Shown in pieces: positions 10,535 to 20,433 of a stretch of 64,000 nucleotides of DNA (positions within the stretch are counted from its first letter, which is position 1; every line of letters starts with the position of its first letter). The notes beneath the pieces were generated by a model. The model was not told the DNA's origin and searched no databases. It worked only from the letters and a program-made list of their open reading frames with translations. The position numbers and the translations under genes were made by a program. Where the stretch lies: assembly GCA_965248435.1 (NCBI GenBank), contig OZ252100.1, positions 4,448,001 through 4,512,000 on the forward strand, written 5' to 3'. Source of the DNA: Candidatus Latescibacterota bacterium (lineage in GTDB: Bacteria > Latescibacterota > UBA2968 > GCA-2709665).

Positions 10535-11956
10535 GTGCCTCAACGAATTACGCCGCAGACCGAAGATTTCGCGAAGTGGTATACAGACGTCATCTTGCAG
10601 ACCAAGCTGGCCGATTATGCTCCGGTCCGCGGATGTATGGTCATTCGTCCATACGGATATGCGTTGTGGGAGCACATGCAGAGCTCGCTGGACGGGATGT
10701 TCAAGGAGACGGGTCACGAGAACGTCTATTTCCCGCTCCTCATACCGGAGCATTTTCTTGAAAAAGAGGCAGAACACGTCGAGGGTTTCGCACCCGAGTG
10801 CGCCGTTGTCACACACGGGGGCGGGTCCAAGCTGGAGGAGCCTCTGGTTATCAGACCCACGTCGGAGACGATCATCTGGTTTCTATATAGCAAGTGGATC
10901 CAGTCCTACCGAGACCTCCCACTTCTCTACAACCAGTGGGCAAACGTCGTTCGGTGGGAGATGCGCACGCGGCTGTTTCTGCGCACGACCGAGTTTCTCT
11001 GGCAGGAGGGGCACACCGCACACGCGACCCGTGAAGAGGCGGAGGAGGAGACGCTCCGAATGCTGGAGGTCTACCGCACGTTTGCTGAAGAGATTATGGC
11101 GATCCCCGTCGTGACCGGCGCGAAGACGGATTCAGAGAAGTTTGCCGGCGCAGAGACGACCTACTGCATCGAGGCGATGATGGGGGACAAGCGGGCCCTG
11201 CAAGCGGGCACGTCCCACAACCTCGGGCAAAATTTCGCAAAGGCCTTCGATGTGACGTTCCTGAACGAGAAGGAAGAGCGGGAACTCGTCTGGGCCACGA
11301 GCTGGGGGGTTTCGACACGGTTGATCGGTGCGCTCGTGATGGCACACGGAGATGACAAAGGGCTGCGGCTTCCCCCCCGGCTTGCTCCGATCCAGGTGGT
11401 GATCGTCCCGATTCACCGGGGGGACCAGGAAAGAGATCTGGTGCTGAGCGAAGTGAAGAAGATCGAAACTATTCTACACGGGACACGGGTGAAGGTGGAC
11501 GACCGGCCCCAGTTCAAGCCTGGATTCAAGTTCAACGAGTGGGAGCAGGCGGGCGTCCCCGTTCGCCTGGAGATCGGTCCAAAGGACGTGGCGAACAAAC
11601 AGGTGGTGCTGGTCCGACGGGATACCGGGGAAAAGGCAACGGTGCCCGCAGACGATGTAGCGAAGGCTGTGAAGGACCATCTGGAAGGCGTTCAGGAGGG
11701 GTTATACGAGCAGGCATTGGCCTTCCAGAAGGACCACACGCATTTTGTGGATGACTACGAAGCGTTTCAGTCGAAGGTCGAAGATGGGTTCATCTACGCC
11801 CACTGGTGCGGTTCCGAAAAGTGCGAGGCGCGCCTTCAAGAGGAGAACCGGGCTTCGATCCGGTGTATTCCTTTCGGACGGGAGCAGGAAGCGGGCAGGT
11901 GTATCCTTTGTGAGAAGCCTTCAGAGGGCCGCGTGTTGATTGCAAAAGCATACTAG
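10535..11956 (+). CDS. proS: Proline--tRNA ligase, archaeal/eukaryotic-like short type
   Basis: [44 protein letters not shown]; C-terminal Cys-rich domain ending IAKAY; no editing insertion. Confidence 0.96.
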   Translation: MPQRITPQTEDFAKWYTDVILQTKLADYAPVRGCMVIRPYGYALWEHMQSSLDGMFKETGHENVYFPLLIPEHFLEKEAEHVEGFAPECAVVTHGGGSKLEEPLVIRPTSETIIWFLYSKWIQSYRDLPLLYNQWANVVRWEMRTRLFLRTTEFLWQEGHTAHATREEAEEETLRMLEVYRTFAEEIMAIPVVTGAKTDSEKFAGAETTYCIEAMMGDKRALQAGTSHNLGQNFAKAFDVTFLNEKEERELVWATSWGVSTRLIGALVMAHGDDKGLRLPPRLAPIQVVIVPIHRGDQERDLVLSEVKKIETILHGTRVKVDDRPQFKPGFKFNEWEQAGVPVRLEIGPKDVANKQVVLVRRDTGEKATVPADDVAKAVKDHLEGVQEGLYEQALAFQKDHTHFVDDYEAFQSKVEDGFIYAHWCGSEKCEARLQEENRASIRCIPFGREQEAGRCILCEKPSEGRVLIAKAY

Positions 11957-12139
11957 GTTCCGCGGATCGTCACTCGTTGATCGGTGTGCGTGGCCACAGG
12001 GCTCAGCAGGGAGATAGAAACCCATGATTTTCGCTGGATCACTTTACTAACAAGCGTCCGGAAATTCCCGAGTGCGGCGCTCGTAAGGTTCGTCTCATCA
12101 CGCGCCGTGTATCGAGGGACCCGGCTCGCGAAACAAATG

Positions 12140-12173
12140 AAGAGGGCCGTGATCGTTGGATCACGGCCCTCTT
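12140..12173. terminator. Bidirectional hairpin terminator between proS and the sigma factor gene
   Basis: AAGAGGGCCGTGATC-GTTG-GATCACGGCCCTCTT, perfect 15-bp stem between convergent genes. Confidence 0.8.
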
Positions 12174-12198
12174 TAAATACCTATCTGGCGAGCTGGAA

Positions 12199-13080
12199 TC
12201 AGTTCTCGTTGAGGTAGGCTCGAATCTTCTTGATTCGTGAGGGATGCTTGAGAGACCCAAGGGCCTTATCCCGGATCTGCCGGACCCTTTCTTTGGTCAG
12301 GCTGAGCTGGTTCCCAATCTGCTCAAGCGTCATGGTTTCATCTCCGTCGATCCCGTAATAGAGTTTAAGTACCAGAGCCTCTCGGGAAGACAGGGTGTTG
12401 AGCGCGGACTGGATTTCGTCGACCAACGCCTGTTCCATAACATCCATTTCCGGAGTGACCTGATTCTTATCGACGAGGATTTCGAGGAGGGAGGTGTCTG
12501 GCCCCTCGTCCAGCGGCATATCGAGGGAAATGTGCCATCTGGAGGCGTCCAGGAGATCCTGGACCTGCTTGGGTTGCATTTCTGCACGTTTCCCAATCTC
12601 CTCTACACTCGGCTCCCGACCCAGTTTTTGCTTAAGCTCGGAAGCAACCCGCTCCAATCTGCAGAGGTGTTTGATCTTGTTGACAGGAAGCCTGACCATT
12701 CGGGCCTTCTCTGCCAGTGCAGACAGGATGCCTTGACGGATCCACCAAACCGCATAGGTGGTGAACTTGACACCCACTGTCTCGTCGTAGCGCGTGGCTG
12801 CCCTTACCAGCCCCAGATTTCCCTCCGCGATCAGGTCTTCCAGTGGAAGACCACGCCCCTGATACTCCTTGGATATGGTGATTACGAACCTGAGATTCGA
12901 CTCTACCATATGGTTGAGACTCTTACGATCTCCGGCGCGGATCCGTTTTGCGAGTGCGACTTCCTCCTGGGTTGTGAGAAGGGTGTTATACGCGATGTCT
13001 TTCAGATAAAGTTCAAGGGCAGAACGCCTCCGACCCGGAGATTCGGATCGGACCGCTCGGCTTGCTAACGTGGCAGGCAT
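12199..13080 (-). CDS. RpoD/RpoS-family sigma70 factor lacking region 1.1
   Basis: Region 1.2 LELYLKDI, region 2 SNLRFVITISKEY...DLIAEGNLGL...KFTTYAVWWIRQ, region 4 TLEQIG...TKERVRQI. Confidence 0.93.
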   Translation of the reverse strand: MPATLASRAVRSESPGRRRSALELYLKDIAYNTLLTTQEEVALAKRIRAGDRKSLNHMVESNLRFVITISKEYQGRGLPLEDLIAEGNLGLVRAATRYDETVGVKFTTYAVWWIRQGILSALAEKARMVRLPVNKIKHLCRLERVASELKQKLGREPSVEEIGKRAEMQPKQVQDLLDASRWHISLDMPLDEGPDTSLLEILVDKNQVTPEMDVMEQALVDEIQSALNTLSSREALVLKLYYGIDGDETMTLEQIGNQLSLTKERVRQIRDKALGSLKHPSRIKKIRAYLNEN

Positions 13081-13161
13081 TACTTTCCCCCTGAGAAGCG
13101 TAGGATTTTCGGCAACTGAAGTTGGTCGTCCTTAACGAAGGCAGATCATGCCAGAAAACCA

Positions 13162-13177
13162 AGCAAACAGTGTGCCA
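13162..13177 (-). promoter_or_regulatory. sigma54 (-24/-12) promoter upstream of the sigma70 gene
   Basis: Reverse strand TGGCACA-CTGT-TTGCT matches TGGCACG-N4-TTGCW with exact spacing, about 80 bp upstream of the ATG. Confidence 0.75.
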
Positions 13178-13486
13178 TATATATCAATTTTGAGAGGACA
13201 AAATTGACGCACGGGGAAAGGGGAGTGAAAATCTTAGGGAACGGGAGGAGGAGGCTTACCGCGGCTCCTCTTACATACTATTAAGGGGATGCGCCTGATG
13301 TGTTACAATCTGTTCTACCGGTCGCGGGCGAGAGAGGGGATCTGCCGCACCGCCTCCAGTATGATCACCTATGTTTATGCTGGGGATTCGGTTTTGGGAG
13401 CATGATTCAGGCGCGTTTTGGGGAAGGAATATCGACGAAATACGACATGGTCGACCGGGGGGGTCAGACCATTTGAGGACGTCTCT

Positions 13487-14476
13487 TTATACCTCCTTGG
13501 TTACGGGGTTCAATTCGTACTTTTCTATCTTTCGAAGCAGCCTCGGTCGGGAGATTTTCAACATGCGTGCCGCTTTGTTCTTGTTCCAGTCCGTTGACCT
13601 TAGTGTGTGCGCGATGAGCAGCTTCTCGACCTCCTCAAATGTGACCCCGTCCTTCGGGATGTCGATCACAAGCTGCTTGCTGTTTCCCATCTGAGTCGCC
13701 AGAGAGTTGGTGGATCGAATACTGACCGGGATCATCTCGGGCGATATGAGTTCGGCGTCATTCATGATCATCGCGCGCTTGATTGCATTCCGAAGCTCGC
13801 GAACATTACCCGGCCAATGATATTCTCTCAGGAGTTCCTTGGATGTTTCAGAGAGGATTCTAGACCCGATTTCATACTGTTTGGAAAATTCCTCAATAAA
13901 ACATTCGGCCAGGATAATTACGTCTTCCCCTCGCTCACGGAGCGTAGGCAGGGAGATCTGGATCTCGTCGAGCCGGTAGTAGAGGTCCTCCCGGAAGTCA
14001 CGCTGCTCCATCGCCGCGGACAGGTCCACGTTCGTGCTGGCGATGATTCTGACGCTGACCTGGACTTCCCGCTCCCCTCCCAGCCTTCTAAATGTCTTTT
14101 CTTCTATGGCCTTGAGAAGCTTCGCCTGGAGCCCCAGGCTCATGTATCCGATCTCGTCAAGAAGCAGGGTGCCGCCGTCGGCTAGCTCAAACAGCCCTTT
14201 CTTCGTGCGATCAGCGCCGGTATAAGCGCCCTTCTCATAGCCGAATATTTCGGATTCCAGCAGGTGTTCGGGGATGGCGGCGCAGTTGACTTCAACGAAG
14301 AGTTCGTCGCCCGTGGAACTGTTGTCGTGAATTGCTCTGGCAACGATCTCTTTTCCGGTTCCCGTTTCTCCACAAATCAGAACCGACACTTCACGATTCT
14401 GAATTACCCGTTCCATAATGCCGACGACTTCGCGTATGGCTGGGCTGTTTCCGATGATGCTGCTGAAGTCAGGCAT
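13487..14476 (-). CDS. sigma54-dependent enhancer-binding protein (AAA+ and Fis-HTH) with no N-terminal sensor domain
   Basis: Begins directly at IIGNSP; GETGTGKE, ESEIFGYEKGAYTGA, LLLDEIG, FREDLYYRL, WPGNVRELRN, C-terminal HTH. Confidence 0.92.
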   Translation of the reverse strand: MPDFSSIIGNSPAIREVVGIMERVIQNREVSVLICGETGTGKEIVARAIHDNSSTGDELFVEVNCAAIPEHLLESEIFGYEKGAYTGADRTKKGLFELADGGTLLLDEIGYMSLGLQAKLLKAIEEKTFRRLGGEREVQVSVRIIASTNVDLSAAMEQRDFREDLYYRLDEIQISLPTLRERGEDVIILAECFIEEFSKQYEIGSRILSETSKELLREYHWPGNVRELRNAIKRAMIMNDAELISPEMIPVSIRSTNSLATQMGNSKQLVIDIPKDGVTFEEVEKLLIAHTLRSTDWNKNKAARMLKISRPRLLRKIEKYELNPVTKEV

Positions 14477-14511
14477 CTGCCGCCGAGGGGGAGTTGAAGA
14501 TGGGAAAAAGA

Positions 14512-14540
14512 AAAATAAGGTATGAGAATCGATTTGTCAA
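14512..14540 (-). promoter_or_regulatory. Putative sigma70 promoter for the enhancer-binding protein gene
   Basis: Reverse strand TTGACA-17bp-TATTTT. Confidence 0.45.
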
Positions 14541-14547
14541 CAACGGT

Positions 14548-15054
14548 TTATTCTTCGGTGGACTCAGAGTTGCGCTGCCCCATATCTCGATCCAGGATAA
14601 AAAGGCCGTTCCCGTCCGTTCCAACCAGTTTTAGTTTCTGAACAATCTCGTGCGTAATGGCTTCCTCTTCGACCTGCTCAGTCACAAACCACTGCAAGAA
14701 CGTGTTCGTCGCGTGGTCCTTTTCCACGAGACTTAAATCGACTAAGTTGTTGATTTGGCTGGCGACTAGGCGCTCGTGTTCATAGGCATTTTCGAATGCA
14801 TCCAGCGGACCGTCCCACTCGATCGGTGAGCCTTCCACGTCTCGCAGTTCTATATCTCCCTCCCGATCGTTGATGAAGTCGTAGATCTTCATCGCGTGGA
14901 CCAGTTCTTCCTGAGCCTGAACCCGGATCCACTGGGCGAATCCATTCAAGTTGAGCTGGCTAAAGTAGGCAGACATCCCCAGGTAATGATAGGCTGAGCG
15001 AAGCTCGAGGTTAAATTGACCATTCAGGGCCTTCTGAATCTTATCATTGATCAT
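14548..15054 (-). CDS. ftnA: Non-heme ferritin (FtnA type), intact ferroxidase centre
   Basis: ALNGQFNLE, QAQEELVHAMK, AYEHE, FLQWFVTEQVEEE; ATG at 15054 after GGAG. Confidence 0.92.
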   Translation of the reverse strand: MINDKIQKALNGQFNLELRSAYHYLGMSAYFSQLNLNGFAQWIRVQAQEELVHAMKIYDFINDREGDIELRDVEGSPIEWDGPLDAFENAYEHERLVASQINNLVDLSLVEKDHATNTFLQWFVTEQVEEEAITHEIVQKLKLVGTDGNGLFILDRDMGQRNSESTEE

Positions 15055-15279
15055 CGGGAACTCCAAGGTTCGGTGAAGTATTTTGAGTCACAAAGTCGAA
15101 ATTGGATGATATCATATCGGAATTAGGAATTAGTGGATATCAATAGCAGACATGATACAAAAAAGAGTTGAGAAGCCAAAGTGAAAAACGTATCGATTAG
15201 GACTTTACTTGCGTCTGTAAATTTTATAGCTTAAAAGACACGCGGATCTTGAGAATTCTTTTAGCGGGGATCAAATCTT

Positions 15280-15762
15280 GTGATTGACGAGAAGCTAGAG
15301 AGAGCCCTCAACGAGCAGCTCAACCATGAGTTTTTTTCTTGGTACACCTATCTCGGAATGTCTTCTTTCTTCGAGGGGCTCAACCTTGACGGATTCGGTC
15401 ACTGGATGGGTTCTCAGGCAAAACGTGAATCGATGCACGCGATGAAGATTTATGGTTTTCTCCACGACCAGAGCTCAGGCGTCTTGCTCGGCGAGATCAA
15501 AAAACCGCCCCCAACCTGGGATTCGCCTCTTGCAGCGGTTGAGGAGGCGTACGCTCACGAGCAAGAGGCCAGCGGAAGGATCAATGATCTCGTGGACTTG
15601 GCGGTGAGCGAGCATGCTCACGCGACGAATAACTTCCTCCAATGGTTTGTAGTGGAGCAGGTGGAGGAGGAATCTCGGCTCAGGGGGATCGTGAAGAAAC
15701 TGGAGCTCGTGGGAGAAGATCGATATGGGCTATTTCTGATAGATAGAGATTTAAGAAAGTAA
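15280..15762 (+). CDS. Second non-heme ferritin paralogue
   Basis: ALNEQLNHE, QAKRESMHAMK, AYAHE, FLQWFVVEQVEEE. Confidence 0.9.
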   Translation: MIDEKLERALNEQLNHEFFSWYTYLGMSSFFEGLNLDGFGHWMGSQAKRESMHAMKIYGFLHDQSSGVLLGEIKKPPPTWDSPLAAVEEAYAHEQEASGRINDLVDLAVSEHAHATNNFLQWFVVEQVEEESRLRGIVKKLELVGEDRYGLFLIDRDLRK

Positions 15763-16218
15763 TCTGCTAGAGAACAAAATGAAGCCCCTGCTGTTGAGGA
15801 GTATGGGGTCTGCGATATTCCGGGGCCATTGATTTTACATCGATGGCTCTTTGATTTGCCGAGCAGTTCGTCAAACATCATCGATTCTTGTTGAGTCTCC
15901 CGTCAAACCTGACCCTTCGATGCACATCGCGTAACCCTCGTGAAACGTGTATCGAAAGACCGGGTACTGGGGATCGGCTACAGAACCGTTGATCGTGGTT
16001 CGCGGATCGGCACTCCGCGGGGGATAAACTCTCACGCGGGGAATCGCAAAGTCCGCTTCAGGGCGGACGCGCCACTGGATCCAGGATCTGGGAACCAGCA
16101 GCGAAACATAACATCCACCCTGTCCCTACTGAACCTCAAATTGAATCGCCCCGATCCTCCTGGGGCAACGGGTGTCGGGACGGTTGTCTTGATTCAAGCA
16201 GAGGTGCGAGAGAATACA

Positions 16219-18027
16219 CTAGAAATCGGTTTTGATGCCCGTAGTGAATGTCCGCGGAAGCCCGGGGCGAAGGCCAGCGGGACGACGGGATGCAACATAT
16301 TCTTCATCGGTCAAATTCCGCACCGCCCCGAACAGTCTGGTGTTTCCAGGGACTGCCCACTCAATTGAAGCGTCTATGATAAAGTGGGCATCCGTAATCT
16401 GTTCGTCGATGATCTGTCCCGATCCCGCCACGGTACGCATGCGACTTGAGTACTTGCCGCTCAAGTCAATGCCCCAGGTGCCGTTTGAGATGCCGAGGTT
16501 CAAGAAAAGCTGATGCTTGGGTATGTACGGCAGCTCGTCTCCGGACTGGACCTTCCCCCAGGGAGAAAAGCTACTCTCAAAATCACTCCTGAATTCCGTG
16601 TGGGTGTAAGTGTAAAAGACGCGAACGGGAACCGAGAGCCTGGATCCGATTGCAGGACCCCAATCGTTCCCCGCGTTGAGTTCCAAACCTCTGGAGATTG
16701 CTTCTCCACCGTTAAACTGGTCGCCAGTTCCTTCGCCTCCGGCAGCCGCGAGGTCTGAGCCGAGCAGGTTGCTGTAATCGTTGAAATAGATGACGGCCTG
16801 TACGTTAAAGGTGTCCTTCAGGTAGCGCAGGCCGAACTCGTAGTTGATGCTATTTTCCGGGTCCGTGCCTTCCTTTGACCCCGGGGGCGCAAACCCCTTG
16901 TGTATGCCCGCGAAGGCGCTCCCGGTTGGGCTGATTTTGTAATCGATGCCGATGCCGGGGATCCATACACCTACGCCGTTTTCCCTCCAGCTCAAATCGC
17001 CACCCAAGCGACCTGGGTCGTTCTTCCCGTAATCATTTCGCTCGATGTTAATATTCTCGTAGCGCAGGCCGGGTGTAGCGGTGAAAGTCCCAAAGCTAAC
17101 CTTGTAGTGGGCGAACGATGCGAACGCGGTTGCCGTTTCTACGCGGTTGCTCTCGGTTCCCCGCTCACCGGCTTCCTTCAAAAGCATGACTGAATCGGCC
17201 ATCTTGTATTTATCAACCCACTGAAAGCGGTCTATCTCATCTCTATGATAGCGAAGACCGATTTCTATGTCGTGCTTTACTGGACTTCCGTCTGACCGAA
17301 GCCCGATCACTGTTTGGATACCCTGGGCATAGTATTCGCGATTGTTTGCTTTGACTTCGAGCGCATTGTCGCTGGAGTTCGTGCTTCCAGTTACGATGGC
17401 ATACTCTGCTGAGTAATTCGATGGATCCTTCAACAGACTGGATATTGAGACACGGCTGCCCTCTGCCGTAGCTCTCACTCTGTCCAGCTTGTACCAGTTG
17501 CGCTGAAAATCACTTCTGTAAAGTGCTACCGTGAGGTTGAAGAATTCGTTCGGCAGGAGGAAGTATCGGGCCTGGACCTGTTCGTGTTCTGCCTTCATCT
17601 CGTCGATCTGGGAGCCGGCATAGCGGCGGTAGGGGGTTGCGAAAAAATCCGTATCCGTGAGCCCGAGATAGGTCTCATTAGAGAGTTCTTCGGTTTGGCC
17701 CAACTTCAAAGTCAACTCGTGGTAGACGTCAGCATCCCGGTCCGTGTTGACGCGAACTTTCGCGATGAAATCCTTTTTGTCGAACCCCGTGTTTCCCCCG
17801 CCGTCGAGTACTTTGAAACCGTCGACATTGGCAAGGTAGGTTTCAATCAGCCACCCGAAGTTTCTGTGCGCGTTCCCCAGGTAAGCGTGTATGTTGCGTG
17901 AGCCGTCCTGGCCGAAGAGAATGTGGGTCCGACCGCCGAAGCTGCGGGGGATCGCCGTTGAGAGCATGTTGAGGGCTCCCCCTGTGGTATAGGGTCCCTG
18001 CTTGATCTGGCTTGAAGTGAAGATCAT
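16219..18027 (-). pseudogene. FecA-like TonB-dependent receptor, N-terminally truncated
   Basis: Barrel ending RPAGLRPGLPRTFTTGIKTDF with C-terminal Phe. The ORF starts at the end of the plug (SSQIKQGPYTTGGALNMLS); signal peptide, TonB box and most of the plug are absent and only about 70 bp separate it from the next gene. Confidence 0.75.
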
Positions 18028-18094
18028 GTTACGGTAAAGCCATATCCCCGCTTCGAGATTGAGCCAGATAACGAGCTAATAACATCGTTTAAAT

Positions 18095-18880
18095 ATGGGA
18101 CTTGGGATGGATTCGACCGATATCGCCGTGATCGTTACGACCCACAACTATGCGCACTACCTGTCGGCGTGTCTGCAATCTGTGAAGTCGCAGACCCTCA
18201 GCCCCAAGGAAATCCTGGTCGTGGACGACGCAAGCGAGGATGACACAGCGGATGTCGTCCGAGGGTTTCCTGGGGCGAACTACGCCCGTGTGGTGTTCAG
18301 GAACGGAAACAAGGCCCGTAACTTCGGATTTTCCAACGTGGACGCGGAGCGGGTCGTCTTCTTCGATGCGGATAACGAGATGGAGCCGGATTTCCTGGAG
18401 ACGTTAAACCGAACCCTGGACTATGACGGTAGCGCAGGTTTTGCCTACTCCGACCGAATCAACTTTGGAGAGGGGGATGTTTCCTGGTACCCGGAACCGA
18501 TGGGGCTGTGGAAATCCAGGGTATTTGACGCCTCGCTGATCAGGGAACACAACTACATAGACCTTGCCTCTATGATGAGAGCATCCATTTTCCCGGGCTT
18601 CGACGAAACGCTTTCGCGATATCAGGACTGGGATCTCTGGCTGAATATCGTGATCAGGCGTGGGGGTCGGGGGCACTATGTTCCGAAGCCGCTCTACCGC
18701 TATCGTGTCCACAGCGGGAGTGTATCCAGCCGTGAAGATCGGAACCGTGCCGTCTGGCACATCCGCCGCAAATACCGGCTTGGTCCTTACTTCTCACTGC
18801 CGTGGGTGAGGGATTCGTTCGTATTATACAACGGGCTGCAGCGGGTCAAGTCAGGAGTGAGTGGATTGTTTTCTCACTAG
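18095..18880 (+). CDS. GT2-family glycosyltransferase
   Basis: VIVTTHNYAHYL, VVDDASED, ARNFG, FFDADN, QDWDLW. Confidence 0.9.
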   Translation: MGLGMDSTDIAVIVTTHNYAHYLSACLQSVKSQTLSPKEILVVDDASEDDTADVVRGFPGANYARVVFRNGNKARNFGFSNVDAERVVFFDADNEMEPDFLETLNRTLDYDGSAGFAYSDRINFGEGDVSWYPEPMGLWKSRVFDASLIREHNYIDLASMMRASIFPGFDETLSRYQDWDLWLNIVIRRGGRGHYVPKPLYRYRVHSGSVSSREDRNRAVWHIRRKYRLGPYFSLPWVRDSFVLYNGLQRVKSGVSGLFSH

Positions 18881-19184
18881 GAAGCGGTGTCACGTCAGTG
18901 GAGCGGGGGACAGATAGGGTGGGGTTGAACAGGAAGGGTTGGATTGTTAACGTGTTTCGAAATATATCTTACAGCGGATAGAAACCGGATTGGATTCTGC
19001 TTGATTCGTGATGAGACCGTTCTTATCTTTTTGACGTGCAGACGGCAGTAAATGAAAAGTCCCCCTTTTCAAGCCGATCTGCGCACACCCCTCGACGCAG
19101 CCTCCCCCTTAACATCTCCCTCTAAAGCCAGCAAGATTGGTTCGTGCTGATCCACGGATTGAAGTCCAGGATCGAGGAGGACCT

Positions 19185-19544
19185 ATGGCCTTCGTTCTTG
19201 TCGTCGATGACGACCAGACTGTGAGATCCATTGTCGGGCGCATCCTCAGCATAAAGGGATACAGCGTAAGGGAGGCGTGTGGTGGAGGCGAGGCTTTAGA
19301 CGCGATGGAGGCTCAGCCACCTGATCTTGTCGTCAGCGACGTCGACATGCCGGGCATGGACGGATTCGAGTTCTTGTCTGAAGCCCGTGCCAGAGGTTTC
19401 CGAAACGCATTCATCGGTATGTCGGGAAGGGAGCTGGATAGGCAGGGATTCGATGCCTTCCTTGCAAAACCGTTTCGAATGGAGCGGATGCTCGAAGTGG
19501 TGGCGGAGGTGCTTTCCGAAAGAGCAGCAGTGTCCGAGCATTGA
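19185..19544 (+). CDS. Single-domain response regulator (receiver only)
   Basis: VLVVDDD, SDVDMPGMDG, MSG, LAKPF; GAGGAGG RBS before ATG 19185. Confidence 0.9.
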   Translation: MAFVLVVDDDQTVRSIVGRILSIKGYSVREACGGGEALDAMEAQPPDLVVSDVDMPGMDGFEFLSEARARGFRNAFIGMSGRELDRQGFDAFLAKPFRMERMLEVVAEVLSERAAVSEH

Positions 19545-19569
19545 AGCCAAAATTTCGAGATCGAATAAG

Positions 19570-19604
19570 AAATGCCACTTCCTAAAGTCAAGGAAGTGGC
19601 ATTT
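19570..19604. terminator. Bidirectional hairpin terminator
   Basis: AAATGCCACTTCCT-AAAGTCA-AGGAAGTGGCATTT between convergent genes. Confidence 0.8.
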
Positions 19605-19611
19605 TGTTTGA

Positions 19612-20154
19612 TCAAAATCCAAGATAGGTTAGGAACTTTTTCTTGCCCTTGTGTTTGCGCTTCCGATTCCAGTCCTCCAGCTTTTCGTAATACGGCTCCT
19701 CTTCTTTTTCTTCCCAGGCGCACAAGGCTTTAAGCTCTTTCGTTGTGTTGTGCCCGTCAAGCTCATAGAGACATTCGACGGAATCGCTGATGCTGAGGAA
19801 TTCGATTTTATCTTTTTCATCGAATTCGATGTCAAAGGGATAGCGTCGGCACGTGACGGGACGGTGTTCATATATCGTACAGAGATCGTCTTCTCCAAGA
19901 TACTCACAGCCATTTTTGTTCCGCCGAAGGCCCATAATACGCCGTCCGGAATTCAGTTTGATCCATCCAGGCTCCCGCTTTCCCCATTCTATCTCACTCG
20001 GTTTGTAAAAATCGACGATTTCCTTAGCGGTCTCTCCGGTATGCTTCATGATACGCTTAACATCTTCGTCCGTAACAAGAACGATTGGCTCTTTGCAGCA
20101 GTTGGCGCAACTCGTACACCGAAAATCAAGAAGATGTTTCCATTCCTTAGCCAA
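19612..20154 (-). CDS. YkgJ-family CxxCxxCC cysteine-cluster protein
   Basis: FRCTSCANCC, CEYL...CTIYEHRPVTCRRYPF. Confidence 0.9.
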   Translation of the reverse strand: MAKEWKHLLDFRCTSCANCCKEPIVLVTDEDVKRIMKHTGETAKEIVDFYKPSEIEWGKREPGWIKLNSGRRIMGLRRNKNGCEYLGEDDLCTIYEHRPVTCRRYPFDIEFDEKDKIEFLSISDSVECLYELDGHNTTKELKALCAWEEKEEEPYYEKLEDWNRKRKHKGKKKFLTYLGF

Positions 20155-20205
20155 TTTAAGACCTCAAGATGGTGAAGGGCCAGAGTGTGCTGACATATTC
20201 AATAT

Positions 20206-20234
20206 ATATTAGGTCGAGGCGTTTGGATAGTCAA
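20206..20234 (-). promoter_or_regulatory. Putative sigma70 promoter for the YkgJ-family gene
   Basis: Reverse strand TTGACT-17bp-TAATAT. Confidence 0.45.
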
Positions 20235-20433
20235 GCACCATCATCTGCAGAAAGCCAATTCCAGAGATTTGCCTTTCACAGCATCGGGGTCCGTGTTATA
20301 TTTTTCGAGGTTGTTGAAGGGATGTCTCAGTGAATACCATTTGGCGGAAGCAGATGGATAGACTGTCCAAGCTATGTAGCTGACTTCTGCGAGCTGCCTT
20401 TCTGGTGTCGGGCACCTTGCGTGGGGCCTATGC

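Noticed and set aside
12244-13068. 274-aa ORF opposite the sigma factor
   Set aside because: Codon-register mirror of the sigma gene with no independent features.
14521-14540. Fur box near the ferritin genes (TGAGAATCGATTTGTCA)
   Set aside because: One good half-site, but the spacing does not fit the 7-1-7 Fur consensus; too weak to call.
16040-16105. Cobalamin, c-di-GMP riboswitch or SRP RNA resemblance (GCCACTG...GGGAA, CGCAAAG, CAGG...AGCAGC)
   Set aside because: Only isolated words match; required flanking conserved elements and pairings are missing, and the site is not in a 5' leader.
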